Shown here piece after piece: positions 49,108-61,683 of a DNA stretch of 64,000 nt. Made by a program: the position numbers and the translations under genes. Source of the stretch: Flavobacteriaceae bacterium. GTDB taxonomy: Bacteria; Bacteroidota; Bacteroidia; Flavobacteriales; Flavobacteriaceae. The DNA lies in NCBI GenBank assembly GCA_022428005.1, contig JAKMDI010000013.1, positions 547 through 64,546 on the forward strand. The letters run 5' to 3'. The notes beneath the pieces were generated by a model. That model was not told the DNA's origin and did no database searches. It saw only the letters and a list, made by a program, of their open reading frames with translations. Positions within the stretch are counted from its first letter, which is position 1; every line of letters begins with the position of its first letter.

Positions 49108-52100
49108 TTATAAATTAATTTCTTCCTCTTGCTGTTCTTCTTTGTCAATCAACAAACTGGTGTATTCGTCTCTAGAGCCTACGATGATGTTATCGTATTC
49201 TCTTAGACCAGTACCAGCAGGTATCTTATGACCGACAATTACATTTTCTTTCAGACCTTCCAAAGAATCAATTTTACCATTTACGGCAGCTTCGTTAAGC
49301 ACCTTGGTGGTTTCCTGGAAAGAAGCGGCAGAAATAAAGGACTTGGTCTGCAAAGAAGCTCGGGTAATTCCCTGCAACTCTGGTGTTGCCGTGGCAGAAT
49401 GGGCATCTCGCGCCACCACTACGGCTTTGTCCTCACGAATCAAGAGGGAATTTTCATCCCGCAACTGACGTGCAGTGATCATCTGACCGGCCTTTAAGTT
49501 TTCAGAAGCGCCAACCTCCTCGACAATTTTCTTACCAAACAGGTTGTCGTTTTCGATGATAAAGTCGGATTTGTAAACCAACTGTCCTTCTAAGAAAATA
49601 GAATCTCCAGGGTCTTGGATTTTGACTTTACGCATCATCTGTCTAACGACTACCTCAAAGTGTTTGTCGTTAATCTTAACCCCTTGGAGGCGATAGACTT
49701 CTTGTACTTCGTTGACCAAATATTGTTGCACTGCCGATGGGCCTTTGATACTCAGGATATCGGTAGGCGTAATGGATCCATCCGATAATGGCATTCCGGC
49801 TTTTACAAAGTCGTTTTCTTGTACCAAGATCTGATTAGATAATTTCACCAAATACTTTTTGATATCTCCAAATTTGGACTCTACGATGATCTCGCGGTTC
49901 CCCCTTTTGATTTTACCAAAAGAAACCACACCGTCAACTTCAGAGACTACGGCTGGGTTGGATGGATTTCGTGCTTCAAACAATTCTGTCACACGTGGCA
50001 GACCACCCGTAATATCTCCAGACTTAGCAGATTTACGTGGGATTTTCACCAATATTTTTCCTTCTTTGATTTTTTCTCCATCGTTGACAATCAAATGGGC
50101 ACCTACGGGTAGGTTGTAGGACCTCAGGGTATTTCCTTTGGTGTCGTTGATGTGTAGGGTAGGAATCAGCTTTTTGTTTCGCGATTCGGAGATCACCTTC
50201 TCTTGGAAACCGGTTTGTTCATCGATTTCTACCTGGTAGGTAACTCCTTGCTCTATGTTCTCAAAGCTAATTTTCCCTGAGAATTCAGAGACTATTACTC
50301 CGTTAAAGGGATCCCACTGACAGAGAACATCTCCTTTTTTCACCTTGGATCCTTTTTTAATAAATATCGAGGATCCATAAGGGATATTGTGGGTATTGAG
50401 TACGTTTTTAGTTTTGCTGTCCACCAACTTTAACTCCGTTGTTCTGGAAATAACGATGTTGGCATCTTGACCTTCAACGTCTTCTCCTTTTACAGTTTTA
50501 AGGTCTTCAATTTCGGCGATACCGTCAAATTTGGCTACCAATCGGTTTTCCTCAGAAATGTTTCCTGCAACACCCCCAACGTGGAATGTTCTAAGGGTCA
50601 GCTGAGTACCGGGCTCGCCAATAGACTGTGCGGCGACAACCCCTACGGCTTCCCCTTTTTGAACCATTTTCCCTGTGGAAAGGTTTCTTCCATAGCACTT
50701 GGCACAGATGCCCTTGAGCGCCTCACAGGTAAGTGGGGAACGCACCTCGACACTGGTAATCGGGGCAGCTTCGATTCGTTTTACTACCTCCTCAGTAATC
50801 TGATGTCCTGCCTCAATCAGAACCTCATCGGTACTCGGATCTATAACGTCTTTTAGAGAAACCCTTCCCAGGATACGCTCTCCTAGTGATTCAACGATTT
50901 CTTCATTTTTCTTTAAAGGCGCTACGTCAATTCCTCTTAGGGTTCCGCAGTCCTCGATGTTGACAATCACATCTTGTGAAACGTCTACCAATCGACGGGT
51001 TAGGTACCCGGCATCAGCCGTTTTTAAGGCGGTATCGGCCAGTCCTTTTCTCGCCCCGTGGGTAGAGATAAAATATTCTAAAATAGAAAGCCCTTCTTTA
51101 AAGTTAGAAAGGATAGGGTTTTCAATAATTTCTCCCCCGCCTACATTAGATTTTTTTGGCTTGGCCATCAATCCTCGCATTCCTGTCAACTGACGGATCT
51201 GTTCTTTAGACCCTCGGGCGCCAGAATCCAGCATCATAAAGACAGAATTAAAGCCTTGCTGGTCTTCGCTGATGCGTTTCATGGCCATTTCTGTTAGCTT
51301 GGCATTGGTAGAGGTCCAAACGTCAATCACCTGATTATAACGTTCGTTGTTGGTAATCAATCCCATGTTGTAGTTGCCAGAAATACCATCTACTTGCGTA
51401 TTTGCATCATCAATCATTTGGATTTTTTCTTTTGGAATAATGATATCACCCAAGCTGAAGGAAAGCCCTCCTTTGAATGCAAATCCATATCCCATGTCTT
51501 TTATCTTATCCAAAAATTCAGCAGTTTCCGGAACACTGGTAACCTTGAGTATTTGACCGATGATTTCTCGTAAGTTCTTCTTGGTCAACACTTCATTGAA
51601 ATAACCTGCTTTTTCGGGAACCACCTCATTGAACAATACTCGGCCTACTGTAGAATCGATGACCTGATCTACCAGCGCGCCTTCATCATTAAAGTCTTTG
51701 GTTTTAATTTTGATCATGGCATTGAGGTCCACGCGCTTTTCGTTGTAGGCGATGTGTACTTCTTCCACGTTGTAAAAGGTTAATCCTTCCCCTTTAACAG
51801 GAACTTCTTTGGTAGATTTCCTGGCTTTGGTCATATAGTAAAGACCCAATACCATATCCTGTGAAGGAACGGTGATGGGAGATCCATTGGCGGGGTTGAG
51901 GATATTGTGAGATGCCAGCATTAACAGCTGCGCCTCTAAAATGGCCTCTGGCCCCAGTGGCAAGTGAACCGCCATTTGATCCCCGTCGAAATCTGCGTTA
52001 AACGCAGTACATACAAGGGGGTGCAATTGAATGGCTTTACCTTCAATCAGTTTGGGCTGAAAGGCTTGGATACCCAAACGGTGCAATGTGGGGGCCCGGT

Positions 52101-53421
52101 TCAATAAAACGGGATGGCCCTTGAGCACATTTTCCAAAATATCCCATACAACGGGTTCTTTTCTGTCGATGATCTTTTTCGCAGATTTTACTGTTTTTAC
52201 AATCCCGCGTTCAATCAGTTTTCTGATGATAAATGGCTTATAGAGCTCGGCAGCCATACCTTTGGGCAAACCACATTCAAATAGTTTTAACTCAGGACCA
52301 ACAACGATTACTGATCTGGCCGAATAGTCGACCCTTTTTCCCAATAGGTTTTGACGAAAACGTCCTTGCTTTCCTTTTAGGGAATCGGACAATGACTTCA
52401 ATGGGCGATTGGAATCTGTTTTTACTGCCGATGATTTTCGGGTATTGTCAAATAAGGAATCTACAGATTCTTGAAGCATTCGCTTCTCATTTCTTAAGAT
52501 CACTTCCGGCGCTTTGATTTCCACCAAACGCTTTAGTCGGTTGTTTCTGATGATTACCCTTCGGTATAAATCGTTCAGATCGGAGGTAGCAAAACGACCT
52601 CCATCAAGGGGAACAAGAGGCCTTAACTCTGGGGGAATCACAGGAATCACTTTCATGATCATCCACTCGGGGAGGTTCTCTCTGTTTTCGTTGGCGTCCT
52701 TAAACGCCTCTACCACCTGAAGTCTTTTTAGGGCTTCTGTTTTTCTTTGCTTAGAAGTTTCGTTATTGGCCTTATGCCGCAGTTCGTAGGAAAGGGCCTC
52801 TAAATCAATTCTAGAGAGCAATTCTATCAAGCACTCTGCTCCCATCTTGGCGATAAATTTCTCGGGATCGCTGTCTTCAAGGAACTGGTTTTCTGGCGGC
52901 AGTTGCTCCATGATATTGAGGTACTCCTCTTCCGTTAGGAAATCCATTTTCTGTACCGGCTCTCCTTCTTCATTTTTGGTATTCCCCGGTTGGATGACCA
53001 CATAGCGCTCGTAGTAAATGATCATGTCCAATTTCTTGGAAGGCAATCCTAACAGGTATCCAATTTTGTTGGGCAGGGATCTAAAATACCAAATGTGTGC
53101 TACAGGAACCACCAAATTGATGTGTCCCACGCGGTCGCGTCTTACTTTTTTCTCGGTCACCTCAACACCACAGCGGTCACAAACGATTCCCTTGTAGCGA
53201 ATTCGTTTGTATTTTCCACAGGCGCACTCAAAGTCCTTTACTGGACCAAAAATTCGCTCACAAAACAAACCGTCGCGTTCTGGCTTGTGTGTTCTGTAGT
53301 TGATGGTCTCTGGCTTGAGAACTTCTCCTCTGGAACTCCCGAGGATAACCTCTGGTGAGGACAAACCGATGGTGATTTTATTGAATTTTTTTTGGGTAAT
53401 GATTTCGTTATTTCTAGGCAT
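49108..53421 (-). CDS. rpoC: DNA-directed RNA polymerase subunit beta'
   Basis: [12 protein letters not shown] catalytic motif, N-terminal zinc-binding cysteines, 1437 aa. Confidence 0.98.
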   Translation of the reverse strand: MPRNNEIITQKKFNKITIGLSSPEVILGSSRGEVLKPETINYRTHKPERDGLFCERIFGPVKDFECACGKYKRIRYKGIVCDRCGVEVTEKKVRRDRVGHINLVVPVAHIWYFRSLPNKIGYLLGLPSKKLDMIIYYERYVVIQPGNTKNEEGEPVQKMDFLTEEEYLNIMEQLPPENQFLEDSDPEKFIAKMGAECLIELLSRIDLEALSYELRHKANNETSKQRKTEALKRLQVVEAFKDANENRENLPEWMIMKVIPVIPPELRPLVPLDGGRFATSDLNDLYRRVIIRNNRLKRLVEIKAPEVILRNEKRMLQESVDSLFDNTRKSSAVKTDSNRPLKSLSDSLKGKQGRFRQNLLGKRVDYSARSVIVVGPELKLFECGLPKGMAAELYKPFIIRKLIERGIVKTVKSAKKIIDRKEPVVWDILENVLKGHPVLLNRAPTLHRLGIQAFQPKLIEGKAIQLHPLVCTAFNADFDGDQMAVHLPLGPEAILEAQLLMLASHNILNPANGSPITVPSQDMVLGLYYMTKARKSTKEVPVKGEGLTFYNVEEVHIAYNEKRVDLNAMIKIKTKDFNDEGALVDQVIDSTVGRVLFNEVVPEKAGYFNEVLTKKNLREIIGQILKVTSVPETAEFLDKIKDMGYGFAFKGGLSFSLGDIIIPKEKIQMIDDANTQVDGISGNYNMGLITNNERYNQVIDVWTSTNAKLTEMAMKRISEDQQGFNSVFMMLDSGARGSKEQIRQLTGMRGLMAKPKKSNVGGGEIIENPILSNFKEGLSILEYFISTHGARKGLADTALKTADAGYLTRRLVDVSQDVIVNIEDCGTLRGIDVAPLKKNEEIVESLGERILGRVSLKDVIDPSTDEVLIEAGHQITEEVVKRIEAAPITSVEVRSPLTCEALKGICAKCYGRNLSTGKMVQKGEAVGVVAAQSIGEPGTQLTLRTFHVGGVAGNISEENRLVAKFDGIAEIEDLKTVKGEDVEGQDANIVISRTTELKLVDSKTKNVLNTHNIPYGSSIFIKKGSKVKKGDVLCQWDPFNGVIVSEFSGKISFENIEQGVTYQVEIDEQTGFQEKVISESRNKKLIPTLHINDTKGNTLRSYNLPVGAHLIVNDGEKIKEGKILVKIPRKSAKSGDITGGLPRVTELFEARNPSNPAVVSEVDGVVSFGKIKRGNREIIVESKFGDIKKYLVKLSNQILVQENDFVKAGMPLSDGSITPTDILSIKGPSAVQQYLVNEVQEVYRLQGVKINDKHFEVVVRQMMRKVKIQDPGDSIFLEGQLVYKSDFIIENDNLFGKKIVEEVGASENLKAGQMITARQLRDENSLLIREDKAVVVARDAHSATATPELQGITRASLQTKSFISAASFQETTKVLNEAAVNGKIDSLEGLKENVIVGHKIPAGTGLREYDNIIVGSRDEYTSLLIDKEEQQEEEINL

Positions 53422-53442
53422 AATTCAATAGCAATATTTTAA

Positions 53443-56400
53443 TTATTCTTCTAATCTAATGTCTAATCCTAATCCCTTCAGCTCATGCATTAACACGTTG
53501 AAGGATTCTGGTAATCCAGGTTCTGGAAGGGTTTCCCCTTTCACGATGGATTCATAGGTCTTGGCACGACCAATGACATCGTCTGATTTCACGGTTAATA
53601 TTTCCTGCAAGGTGCTCGAAGCGCCATAGGCCTCGAGAGCCCATACTTCCATTTCACCAAAACGCTGACCTCCAAACTGGGCTTTTCCTCCCAGTGGTTG
53701 TTGTGTGATCAGGGAGTAAGGTCCAATGGATCTGGAGTGCATTTTGTCGTCGACCATATGACCCAGTTTCAACATGTAAATGACTCCAACAGTCGCGGGT
53801 TGATCGAATCGTTCTCCCGTCCCGCCATCATACAGATAGGTATGACCGTATTGGGGTACATTGGCCTTATCGGTCAAGGCATTGATTTGATCAATGGTAG
53901 CCCCATCGAAAATCGGTGTAGCGTATTTTTCACCCAAATTCAATCCTGCCCATCCAAGTACGGTTTCATAAATCTGTCCAATATTCATCCGCGAGGGGAC
54001 TCCAAGTGGATTGAGAACGATATCAACCGGTGTTCCGTCTTCTAAGAAAGGCATCTCTTCTTCCCGAACAATACGGGCGACAATTCCTTTGTTTCCGTGA
54101 CGCCCTGCCATCTTATCACCAACTTTTAGCTTTCGCTTTTTGGCGATGTACACTTTGGCAAGTTTCTTGACCCCGGCAGGTAATTCGTCTCCTACACTGA
54201 TGGTAAACTTCTCTCTTCTGAGGGAACCTTGAAGGTCATTTTCTTTGATCTTATAATTGTGGATCAAGTCGGCAATAAGCTTATTGGTGTCACCGATGGT
54301 GGTCCAGGTACCTTTGGTCAAGTGGGTGTAATCTTCTACAGCCGTCAACATTTTCAAGGTGTACTTTTTTCCTTTTGGAAGTATTTCTTCTCCCAGGTCG
54401 TTTTGCACCCCTTGACAGGTTTTACCGTTGACAATCGCGAACAGCTTTTCGATCAAAACTCCTTTGAGGTCCTCGAATTTGGTCTCGTATCTTTCTTCTA
54501 AGAGCTCGAGTTCTTGCTTGTCTTGATTTCTTTTTCTTTTGTCCTTGACAGAACGGGTAAACAACTTTTTGTCGATGACCACCCCTCTTAGCGATGGTGG
54601 TGCTTTGAGTGATGCGTCTTTTACATCTCCTGCTTTATCTCCAAAAATCGCCCTTAATAATTTCTCCTCAGGCGAAGGATCCGATTCTCCCTTTGGGGTG
54701 ATTTTTCCGATAAGGATATCACCAGGATTCACCTCAGCGCCAATGCGAATCATTCCGTTCTCATCCAGATCTTTGGTGGCCTCCTCGCTGATGTTGGGGA
54801 TATCGTCGGTCAATTCCTCAGTTCCCAACTTGGTGTCTCTTACATCAATGGAGTATTCATCGATGTGAATAGATGTGAAGATATCCTGACGAACTACTTT
54901 TTCAGAAATCACAATGGCATCCTCGAAGTTGTATCCTTTCCAAGGCATAAAAGCCACTTTCATATTCCTCCCCAAGGCCAATTCTCCTTTTTGTGTAGCA
55001 TAGCCCTCGGAAAGTACCTGTCCTTTGGTAACCCGGTCGCCTTTCTTAACGATAGGCTTGAGGTTGATACACGTACCCTGATTGGTTTTCCTGAATTTAA
55101 TCAGTTCGTAATTTTTTGTATCTCCATCAAATGTGACTAGTTTTTTATTTTCATCCATGTCATACTTGATGGTGATTTTATTGGCATCGACATATTCAAC
55201 AACACCATCACCTTCGGCATTGATCAACACCCTAGAATCAGAAGCTACTTGTTGCTCCAAACCGGTTCCCACAATGGGGGACTCGGGACGCAAGAGCGGC
55301 ACAGCCTGTCGCATCATATTGGATCCCATAAGGGCTCTGTTGGCATCATCGTGCTCCAAGAATGGAATCAAGGAGGCTGAGATCGATGCTATTTGGTTGG
55401 GGGCCACATCCGTGTAGTTAATTTCATTGGGCGTCACCACCGGAAAGTCTGCCTGGTCTCTGGCAATTACTTTCTCAGAGGTAATTTTTCCATTTTTATC
55501 ATAAGGGATATTGGCCTGAGAAATCAACTGATTTTCTTCTTCCTCAGCACTGAGGTAAATCGTCTCGGAAAGATCAATTTTTCCGTCGTTTACCTTTCGG
55601 TAGGGCGTCTCAATAAATCCTAAATTATTCACTTTGGCATAGACACCGAGTGAAGAAATCAATCCAATATTGGGTCCCTCTGGTGTTTCTATGGGGCAAA
55701 GCCTTCCATAGTGGGTATAGTGAACATCACGTACTTCAAACCCTGCACGCTCTCTGGAGAGACCGCCTGGGCCCAATGCCGATAATCTTCTTTTATGAGT
55801 AATCTCAGCCAATGGGTTGGTTTGATCCATAAACTGGGACAACTGGTTGGTACCAAAAAATGTGTTGATCACCGAAGAGAGTGTCTTGGCATTGATCAAG
55901 TCAATGGGAGTAAATACTTCATTGTCTCTCACGTTCATTCTTTCTCTGATGGTTCTGGCCATTCTGGCCAATCCTACACCAAATTGAGAAGAAAGCTGCT
56001 CCCCTACTGTTCTTACCCTTCGGTTTGAAAGGTGATCAATATCATCGATTTCTGCTTTAGAGTTGATCAACTCAATCAGGTATTTGATGATGGTGATGAT
56101 GTCCAATTTTGTCAATACCTGCTTGTCCATCTCTACCTCGAGATTGAGTTTTTTATTCATCCGGTAGCGACCCACCTCGCCGAGGTTGTATCGTTGGTCG
56201 GAGAAAAATAACTTGTCAATAATACCCCGGGCCGTGTCCTCATCGGGCGGCTCGGCATTTCTCAATTGGCGATAAATATGTTCTACCGCTTCTTTTTCAG
56301 AGTTTGTAGGATCTTTTTGCAGTGTGTTGTGAATGATGGCGTAGTCGGCCATATGGGCATCTTCTTTGTGTAAGAGAATGGTTTTGACATCTGCTTCCAA

Positions 56401-57252
56401 AATGACATCAATGTGCTCTTTTTCTAAAAGGGTATCCCGGTCGATGAGAATTTCATTTCGTTCAATAGAAATTACCTCTCCTGTATCTTCATCTACAAAA
56501 TCCTCGTGCCATGTTTTTAACACGCGTGCTGCGAGTTTGCGGTTTAAGGTTTTTTTCAGTCCAGTTTTAGAAACTTTCACTTCTTCTGCTAAATCAAAAA
56601 TCTCCAAAATGTCTTTATCACTCTCGTATCCAATGGCTCTAAATAGCGTGGTTACGGGTAATTTTTTCTTACGATCGATGTAGGCATACATCACACTGTT
56701 AATGTCGGTGGCAAATTCAATCCATGAGCCTTTAAAAGGAATTACTCTTGCCGAATAGAGTTTGGTTCCGTTAGCGTGGAATGATTGTCCAAAAAACACA
56801 CCAGGGGAACGGTGCAATTGAGATACTACAATTCGCTCAGCGCCATTGATTACAAAAGTACCACTGGGGGTCATGTAAGGAATAGTGCCCAAGAAAACAT
56901 CCTGAACTATGGTTTCAAAGTCCTCGTGTTCGGGATCGGTGCAAAACAATTTCAAGCGTGCCTTGAGGGGAACAGAATAGGTCAATCCTCGCTCAATACA
57001 TTCTTGTATGCTGTACCTTGGCGGATCTACAAAGTAGTCTATAAATTCTAAGACAAACTGGTTCCGGGTATCGGTAATCGGGAAGTTTTCTTTGAATGTG
57101 TTAAAGAGACCTTCTTCAATTCTGTCGTTGGATTTAGTTTCCAACTGAAAGAAATCTTGAAATGATTTGATTTGAATGTCTAAAAAATCGGGGTAATTAG
57201 GAGAGTCTTTTGCTGCTGCAAAATTGACTCGTGTGGACTGTGTATTCGGCAT
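53443..57252 (-). CDS. rpoB: DNA-directed RNA polymerase subunit beta
   Basis: [12 protein letters not shown], the Rif-region [17 protein letters not shown], 1269 aa. Confidence 0.98.
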   Translation of the reverse strand: MPNTQSTRVNFAAAKDSPNYPDFLDIQIKSFQDFFQLETKSNDRIEEGLFNTFKENFPITDTRNQFVLEFIDYFVDPPRYSIQECIERGLTYSVPLKARLKLFCTDPEHEDFETIVQDVFLGTIPYMTPSGTFVINGAERIVVSQLHRSPGVFFGQSFHANGTKLYSARVIPFKGSWIEFATDINSVMYAYIDRKKKLPVTTLFRAIGYESDKDILEIFDLAEEVKVSKTGLKKTLNRKLAARVLKTWHEDFVDEDTGEVISIERNEILIDRDTLLEKEHIDVILEADVKTILLHKEDAHMADYAIIHNTLQKDPTNSEKEAVEHIYRQLRNAEPPDEDTARGIIDKLFFSDQRYNLGEVGRYRMNKKLNLEVEMDKQVLTKLDIITIIKYLIELINSKAEIDDIDHLSNRRVRTVGEQLSSQFGVGLARMARTIRERMNVRDNEVFTPIDLINAKTLSSVINTFFGTNQLSQFMDQTNPLAEITHKRRLSALGPGGLSRERAGFEVRDVHYTHYGRLCPIETPEGPNIGLISSLGVYAKVNNLGFIETPYRKVNDGKIDLSETIYLSAEEEENQLISQANIPYDKNGKITSEKVIARDQADFPVVTPNEINYTDVAPNQIASISASLIPFLEHDDANRALMGSNMMRQAVPLLRPESPIVGTGLEQQVASDSRVLINAEGDGVVEYVDANKITIKYDMDENKKLVTFDGDTKNYELIKFRKTNQGTCINLKPIVKKGDRVTKGQVLSEGYATQKGELALGRNMKVAFMPWKGYNFEDAIVISEKVVRQDIFTSIHIDEYSIDVRDTKLGTEELTDDIPNISEEATKDLDENGMIRIGAEVNPGDILIGKITPKGESDPSPEEKLLRAIFGDKAGDVKDASLKAPPSLRGVVIDKKLFTRSVKDKRKRNQDKQELELLEERYETKFEDLKGVLIEKLFAIVNGKTCQGVQNDLGEEILPKGKKYTLKMLTAVEDYTHLTKGTWTTIGDTNKLIADLIHNYKIKENDLQGSLRREKFTISVGDELPAGVKKLAKVYIAKKRKLKVGDKMAGRHGNKGIVARIVREEEMPFLEDGTPVDIVLNPLGVPSRMNIGQIYETVLGWAGLNLGEKYATPIFDGATIDQINALTDKANVPQYGHTYLYDGGTGERFDQPATVGVIYMLKLGHMVDDKMHSRSIGPYSLITQQPLGGKAQFGGQRFGEMEVWALEAYGASSTLQEILTVKSDDVIGRAKTYESIVKGETLPEPGLPESFNVLMHELKGLGLDIRLEE

Positions 57253-57316
57253 CTACAAATTTTTATTAATAAATAATAATTGGGTATAAAACCCCAGGGG
57301 CAATGAAACACAAAAT

Positions 57317-57354
57317 GGTTTAGGCCCATGGACAGCTGTCCAAAAGCCTAAACC
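57317..57354 (-). promoter_or_regulatory. nested hairpin in the rplL-rpoB spacer (candidate attenuator / partial terminator)
   Basis: 9-bp outer stem GGTTTAGGC / GCCTAAACC enclosing the perfect 12-nt palindrome GGACAGCTGTCC. On the transcript strand it is followed by AUUUUGUGUUU. Confidence 0.55.
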
Positions 57355-57375
57355 TTAATTGTTGTGGAGCAAGAA

Positions 57376-57756
57376 CTATTTCAGTTCGACCTCAGCTCCT
57401 GCTTCTTCAAGGGACTTTTTAAGTCCTTCCGCTTCGTCTTTGGAAACGGCTTCCTTAATATTGCTCGGTGCATTGTCTACCAATTCTTTGGCTTCTTTGA
57501 GCCCAAGACCAGTAAGTTCTTTTACCAATTTAACCACTGCAAGTTTTGAACCTCCAGCAGCAGTGAGTACTACATCGAATTCTGATTTCTCTTCTGCTGC
57601 AGCGTCTCCACCACCTGCAGCAGCACCGCCAGCAACAGCTACCGCTGCTGCAGCAGGCTCGATACCATACTCCTCTTTTAAAATATCGGCCAACTCATTG
57701 ACTTCTTTTACAGTCAGGTTGACTAATTGTTCTGCGAATTCTTTTAAATCTGCCAT
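57376..57756 (-). CDS. rplL: 50S ribosomal protein L7/L12
   Basis: [18 protein letters not shown]..., an Ala-rich hinge, and C-terminal [12 protein letters not shown]. Confidence 0.97.
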   Translation of the reverse strand: MADLKEFAEQLVNLTVKEVNELADILKEEYGIEPAAAAVAVAGGAAAGGGDAAAEEKSEFDVVLTAAGGSKLAVVKLVKELTGLGLKEAKELVDNAPSNIKEAVSKDEAEGLKKSLEEAGAEVELK

Positions 57757-57818
57757 TTTTATTAATTTGAAATTCCTGTTTTAATTTGTTGTTATAATAC
57801 TGTTTGTTTTTTGAACGA

Positions 57819-58334
57819 TCAACGTTCGGACAATGTTTTGATGATCCCGGAAAGATTCGTTCCACCCGACTGAAGTGCCGAAATAACATTCTTTGCGGGA
57901 GATTGTAGAATTGCAATCACATCACCGATCAACTCCTCTTTAGACTTGATAGATTCCAACAAGTCAATCTGGTCGTCGCCAATGTATATCGCTTCTTCAA
58001 TAAACGCTCCTTTAAGAATGGGTTTATCCGATTTCTTACGAAAATTTTTGATCAATTTGGCCGGTGCACTACCCGCCTCAGAAAACATCAAAGAGGTATT
58101 TCCTTTCAACACCCCCTGCAATTCTCCAAAGTCAGTTTCAGAAGCCTCCATGGCTTTCGCCAATAGGGTATTCTTCACCATAGACAATTTGATGTTTGCT
58201 CTGTAACATGCCCGTCGTAAAGCGGTGGTTTGGACGGCGTCCAAGCCCGCGATATCGGTCAAGTAGAGATTTTTAACCGAGGACAAGTCCTCCGTTAAAT
58301 CTTTTATTTCTTGTGCTTTTTGCGCTTTTGTCAT
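57819..58334 (-). CDS. rplJ: 50S ribosomal protein L10
   Basis: Sits between rplA and rplL, 171 aa, and shows the L10 N-terminal pattern. Confidence 0.93.
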   Translation of the reverse strand: MTKAQKAQEIKDLTEDLSSVKNLYLTDIAGLDAVQTTALRRACYRANIKLSMVKNTLLAKAMEASETDFGELQGVLKGNTSLMFSEAGSAPAKLIKNFRKKSDKPILKGAFIEEAIYIGDDQIDLLESIKSKEELIGDVIAILQSPAKNVISALQSGGTNLSGIIKTLSER

Positions 58335-58350
58335 TGCTTAAATTTAAAGG

Positions 58351-59040
58351 CTAAGCTATTTTGGTTTCAATACCAATCCCAGGACTCATGGTACTGGACA
58401 TGGTAATGCTTTTTACATAAGTTCCTTTGACCGTAGTAGGTTTCAGCTTTTGAATCGTTTTCAACAATTCGTTGGCGTTCTCCTCGATCTTTTTCGACTC
58501 GAAAGAGACTTTTGCAACGGACGCATGAATGATACCATTTTTGTCCACTTTAAAGTCAATTTTACCTCCTTTAACATCAGTAACTGCTTTCTTAATATCC
58601 ATGGTTACTGTACCAGTTTTAGGGTTGGGCATTAGCCCTCTCGGACCTAAAACGCGTCCCAATGGACCTAATTTACCCATCACACTGGGCATGGTTACAA
58701 TAACATCGACATCTGTCCAGCCGTCTTTGATCTTTTGGAGGTATTCATCCAAACCTACAAAATCGGCACCAGCCTCTTGGGCTTCTGCCTCTTTATCTGG
58801 AGTCACCAACGCCAAAACCTTGAGTACTTTTCCCGTCCCGTGAGGAAGGGTCACTACGCCTCTGACCATTTGGTTCGCTTTTTTGGGATCAACTCCCAAG
58901 CGGACAGCCAAATCAACCGACGCATCAAATTTTGTGGTGGTCACATCCTTGACCAAAGCAGCAGCATCGGCCACAGTGTAAGCAGCATTGCTGTCCACTT
59001 TGGCCCTGGCTTCTTTTTGTTTTTTTGATAATTTTGCCAT
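58351..59040 (-). CDS. rplA: 50S ribosomal protein L1
   Basis: [11 protein letters not shown]..., [26 protein letters not shown]. Confidence 0.97.
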   Translation of the reverse strand: MAKLSKKQKEARAKVDSNAAYTVADAAALVKDVTTTKFDASVDLAVRLGVDPKKANQMVRGVVTLPHGTGKVLKVLALVTPDKEAEAQEAGADFVGLDEYLQKIKDGWTDVDVIVTMPSVMGKLGPLGRVLGPRGLMPNPKTGTVTMDIKKAVTDVKGGKIDFKVDKNGIIHASVAKVSFESKKIEENANELLKTIQKLKPTTVKGTYVKSITMSSTMSPGIGIETKIA

Positions 59041-59049
59041 AACTAATTT

Positions 59050-59493
59050 TTAAGAGTTAGAAGGGAATTCTCCTTTAACAGTGAATCCCATCGAACGGGC
59101 CGTACCGGCAATCATCTTCATCGCAGACTCAATAGAAAATGCATTTAAATCTTGCATTTTGTCTTCAGCGATGGTTCTGACCTGATCCCAGGTAACCGAC
59201 GCTACCTTGGTTCTGTTGGGTTCACCGGACCCTTTTTTAGCTTTGGCTGCTTCCATCAATTGAACGGCCGCTGGTGGTGTTTTAATTACAAATTCAAACG
59301 ATTTGTCTTTGTAAACAGAAATTACTACTGGTAATACTTTACCAGGTTTATCTTGGGTTCGCGCATTGAACTGCTTACAAAACTCCATGATATTAACTCC
59401 TGCGGCACCCAGCGCGGGTCCAACCGGTGGCGATGGATTCGCAGCACCTCCCCGAACTTGAAGTTTAAGAACTTTACCTATTTCTTTTGCCAT
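59050..59493 (-). CDS. rplK: 50S ribosomal protein L11
   Basis: [20 protein letters not shown]. Confidence 0.97.
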   Translation of the reverse strand: MAKEIGKVLKLQVRGGAANPSPPVGPALGAAGVNIMEFCKQFNARTQDKPGKVLPVVISVYKDKSFEFVIKTPPAAVQLMEAAKAKKGSGEPNRTKVASVTWDQVRTIAEDKMQDLNAFSIESAMKMIAGTARSMGFTVKGEFPSNS

Positions 59494-59513
59494 TATTTAA
59501 TAATTAACATTTC

Positions 59514-59542
59514 AGAAGTTTCAATTGGAAGCTAAAACTTCT
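59514..59542 (-). promoter_or_regulatory. hairpin in the nusG-rplK spacer (function unknown)
   Basis: 8-bp stem AGAAGTTT / AAACTTCT (59514-59521, 59535-59542) with a 13-nt loop and no clear U-tract. Confidence 0.3.
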
Positions 59543-59556
59543 TATATTTATAACAT

Positions 59557-60108
59557 TTATAATTTTTCTACTTGCATATAACTCAATTCCAGAGGCGTCT
59601 TACGACCAAAAATCTTAACCATTACCTCCAACTTTCTTTTTTCCTCGTTTACTTTTTCAATGGTTCCATTGAATCCGTTAAAAGGACCATCTATTACCTT
59701 GACGCTCTCCCCTTGAGTAAAAGGAATGGCGATATGTTCCGTGGTCATGGTCAACTCATCGACTTTACCGAGCATTCTGTTTACCTCTGCTATTCGCAGT
59801 GGAACAGGATCCCCTCCTTTGGTTTCTCCGAGGAAACCTATTACGTTGGTCACCGATTTTATAATGTGAGGAATCTCTCCACTCAAGTTGGCCTTGATCA
59901 TGATATAGCCAGGAAAATAGACCTTCTCTTTGTTTATTTTTTTTCCATTTCGGATCTGGACCACCTTTTCCATAGGCACCAGGATGTCTTCTACTTGAGC
60001 AGCATAACCCAATCGGGTGATCTCAGACATGATGTAGTCTTTAATCTTGGCCTCTTGTCCACTGACGGCCCTTATCACATACCAATTTTTTGTAGCAACC
60101 TCTGCCAT
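59557..60108 (-). CDS. nusG: transcription termination/antitermination factor NusG
   Basis: NGN domain WYVIRAVSGQE, and a KOW motif (GESVKVIDGPFNGFNGTIEKV). Confidence 0.96.
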   Translation of the reverse strand: MAEVATKNWYVIRAVSGQEAKIKDYIMSEITRLGYAAQVEDILVPMEKVVQIRNGKKINKEKVYFPGYIMIKANLSGEIPHIIKSVTNVIGFLGETKGGDPVPLRIAEVNRMLGKVDELTMTTEHIAIPFTQGESVKVIDGPFNGFNGTIEKVNEEKRKLEVMVKIFGRKTPLELSYMQVEKL

Positions 60109-60110
60109 GC

Positions 60111-60308
60111 TTACCCGTTTATCAATTGAAAATAGAATCCTACAACCTCAGAGAGAACAGTATCTGCTCCCCATATGGCCAGTGAGAAAATGACTGAAAA
60201 TACCAATACGATAACAACCAAGCGTTGAAGCTCCAAACGAGGAGTCCAAGAGACATTGTTCTTGAGCTCTTCAAACGAATCCTTTATGTAGTCAATTATG
60301 GCTGACAT
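60111..60308 (-). CDS. secE: preprotein translocase subunit SecE
   Basis: 65 aa from the ATG at 60308, with a single TM (LVVIVLVFSVIFSLAIW). The longer tracked ORF would run into the tRNA. Confidence 0.85.
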   Translation of the reverse strand: MSAIIDYIKDSFEELKNNVSWTPRLELQRLVVIVLVFSVIFSLAIWGADTVLSEVVGFYFQLING

Positions 60309-60323
60309 TCTTTTTTTTATTTG

Positions 60324-60396
60324 CACGGGTTGAGAGGCTCGAACTCCCGACACCTGGTTTTGGAGACCAGTGCTCTACCAACTGAGCTAAACCCGT
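60324..60396 (-). tRNA. tRNA-Trp (anticodon CCA)
   Basis: Hand-folded 73-nt cloverleaf: ACGGGTT TA GCTC AGTTGGTA GAGC A CTGGT CTCCAAA ACCAG GTGTC GGGAG TTCGAGC CTCTC AACCCGT G. Canonical tuf-tRNA-Trp-secE position. Confidence 0.92.
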
Positions 60397-60405
60397 TTTT
60401 ATTTG

Positions 60406-60436
60406 ACACAAAAGGCATCCACCAGAGGCGGACACC
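60406..60436 (-). terminator. candidate terminator/processing hairpin downstream of tuf
   Basis: On the minus strand, a 10-bp stem GGUGUCCGCC / GGUGGAUGCC (three G-U pairs) with a 3-nt loop, followed by UUUUGUGU. Confidence 0.5.
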
Positions 60437-60462
60437 TTGACGTGTCAGTAAAAACTTTTTTG

Positions 60463-61650
60463 TTAGTCTAAGATCTCAGTTACCTGGCCTGCTCCAACAG
60501 TTCTTCCTCCTTCACGAATCGCAAATCTGAGGCCTACATTCAATGCAATAGGCTGTAGCAAATCTACGGTGATGGTGAGGTTATCACCGGGCATTACCAT
60601 TTCAACACCATCAGGCAATACAATATTACCGGTTACGTCAGTAGTTCTTACATAGAACTGTGGACGGTAGTTGTTGTGGAATGGGGTGTGACGCCCTCCT
60701 TCTTCTTTCTTTAATATGTAAACCTCTGCTTTGAATTTAGCGTGTGGCGTTACAGAACCAGGCTTACAGATAACCATCCCTCTTTTGATATCGATTTTTT
60801 CAATACCTCTCAAAAGAATTCCTACATTATCTCCAGCTTCTCCTCGATCCAATATTTTTCTAAACATCTCAACACCAGTAATGGTGGACTTCATTTTCTC
60901 AGCCCCCATACCAATAATATCTACTTCGTCAGCGGTATTGGCAACACCAGTCTCGATACGACCAGTAGCAACAGTTCCACGACCTGTAATAGAAAATACA
61001 TCTTCAACAGGCATTAAGAAATCTTTATCTACATCTCGTTTTGGTAACTCAATCCAAGCATCGACTTCCTCCATCAATTTAAGTACTGTATCAACCCACT
61101 TCTGCTCTCCGTTGAGTGCACCAAGCGCTGATCCTAATACCACAGGAGTATCGTCGCCATTGTAATCATAGAAAGAAAGCAATTCTCTCACTTCCATTTC
61201 TACTAATTCCAAAAGCTCTTCATCGTCAACCATGTCGGCTTTGTTCAAAAACACTACAATTCTCGGAACACCTACTTGTCTTCCCAAAAGGATGTGCTCT
61301 CGGGTTTGTGGCATAGGTCCGTCTGTAGCAGCAACAACTAAAATTGCACCATCCATTTGCGCAGCTCCCGTAACCATGTTTTTCACATAGTCGGCGTGAC
61401 CTGGACAATCCACATGGGCATAGTGTCTGTTAGATGTTTGATATTCTACGTGAGAAGTGTTGATGGTGATACCACGTTCCTTTTCCTCAGGTGCGTTATC
61501 AATTTGATCAAAGCTTCTCGCCTCTGAAAAACCTGCGTCTGCAAGGACTTTTGTAATCGCTGCAGTAAGCGTCGTTTTACCGTGGTCAACGTGGCCTATT
61601 GTTCCAATATTTAAGTGGGGTTTCGACCGATCGAAAGTTTCTTTAGCCAT
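60463..61650 (-). CDS. tuf: elongation factor Tu
   Basis: [22 protein letters not shown]. 395 aa. Confidence 0.99.
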   Translation of the reverse strand: MAKETFDRSKPHLNIGTIGHVDHGKTTLTAAITKVLADAGFSEARSFDQIDNAPEEKERGITINTSHVEYQTSNRHYAHVDCPGHADYVKNMVTGAAQMDGAILVVAATDGPMPQTREHILLGRQVGVPRIVVFLNKADMVDDEELLELVEMEVRELLSFYDYNGDDTPVVLGSALGALNGEQKWVDTVLKLMEEVDAWIELPKRDVDKDFLMPVEDVFSITGRGTVATGRIETGVANTADEVDIIGMGAEKMKSTITGVEMFRKILDRGEAGDNVGILLRGIEKIDIKRGMVICKPGSVTPHAKFKAEVYILKKEEGGRHTPFHNNYRPQFYVRTTDVTGNIVLPDGVEMVMPGDNLTITVDLLQPIALNVGLRFAIREGGRTVGAGQVTEILD

Positions 61651-61683
61651 AATTATATTATATCTTTATTGTTTAAGCGGGTG

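Noticed and set aside
57359-57784. 141-aa Ala/Ser-rich ORF antisense to rplL
   Set aside because: It mirrors the GCN-rich Ala hinge of L7/L12, and the rplL assignment is certain.
59572-60129. 185-aa ORF on the plus strand almost exactly co-extensive with nusG (antisense)
   Set aside because: The sequence is low-complexity and hydrophobic-looking with no recognisable family, while nusG on the other strand is unambiguous. Long antisense ORFs of this kind arise from codon bias. The same reasoning applies to the other antisense ORFs listed below.
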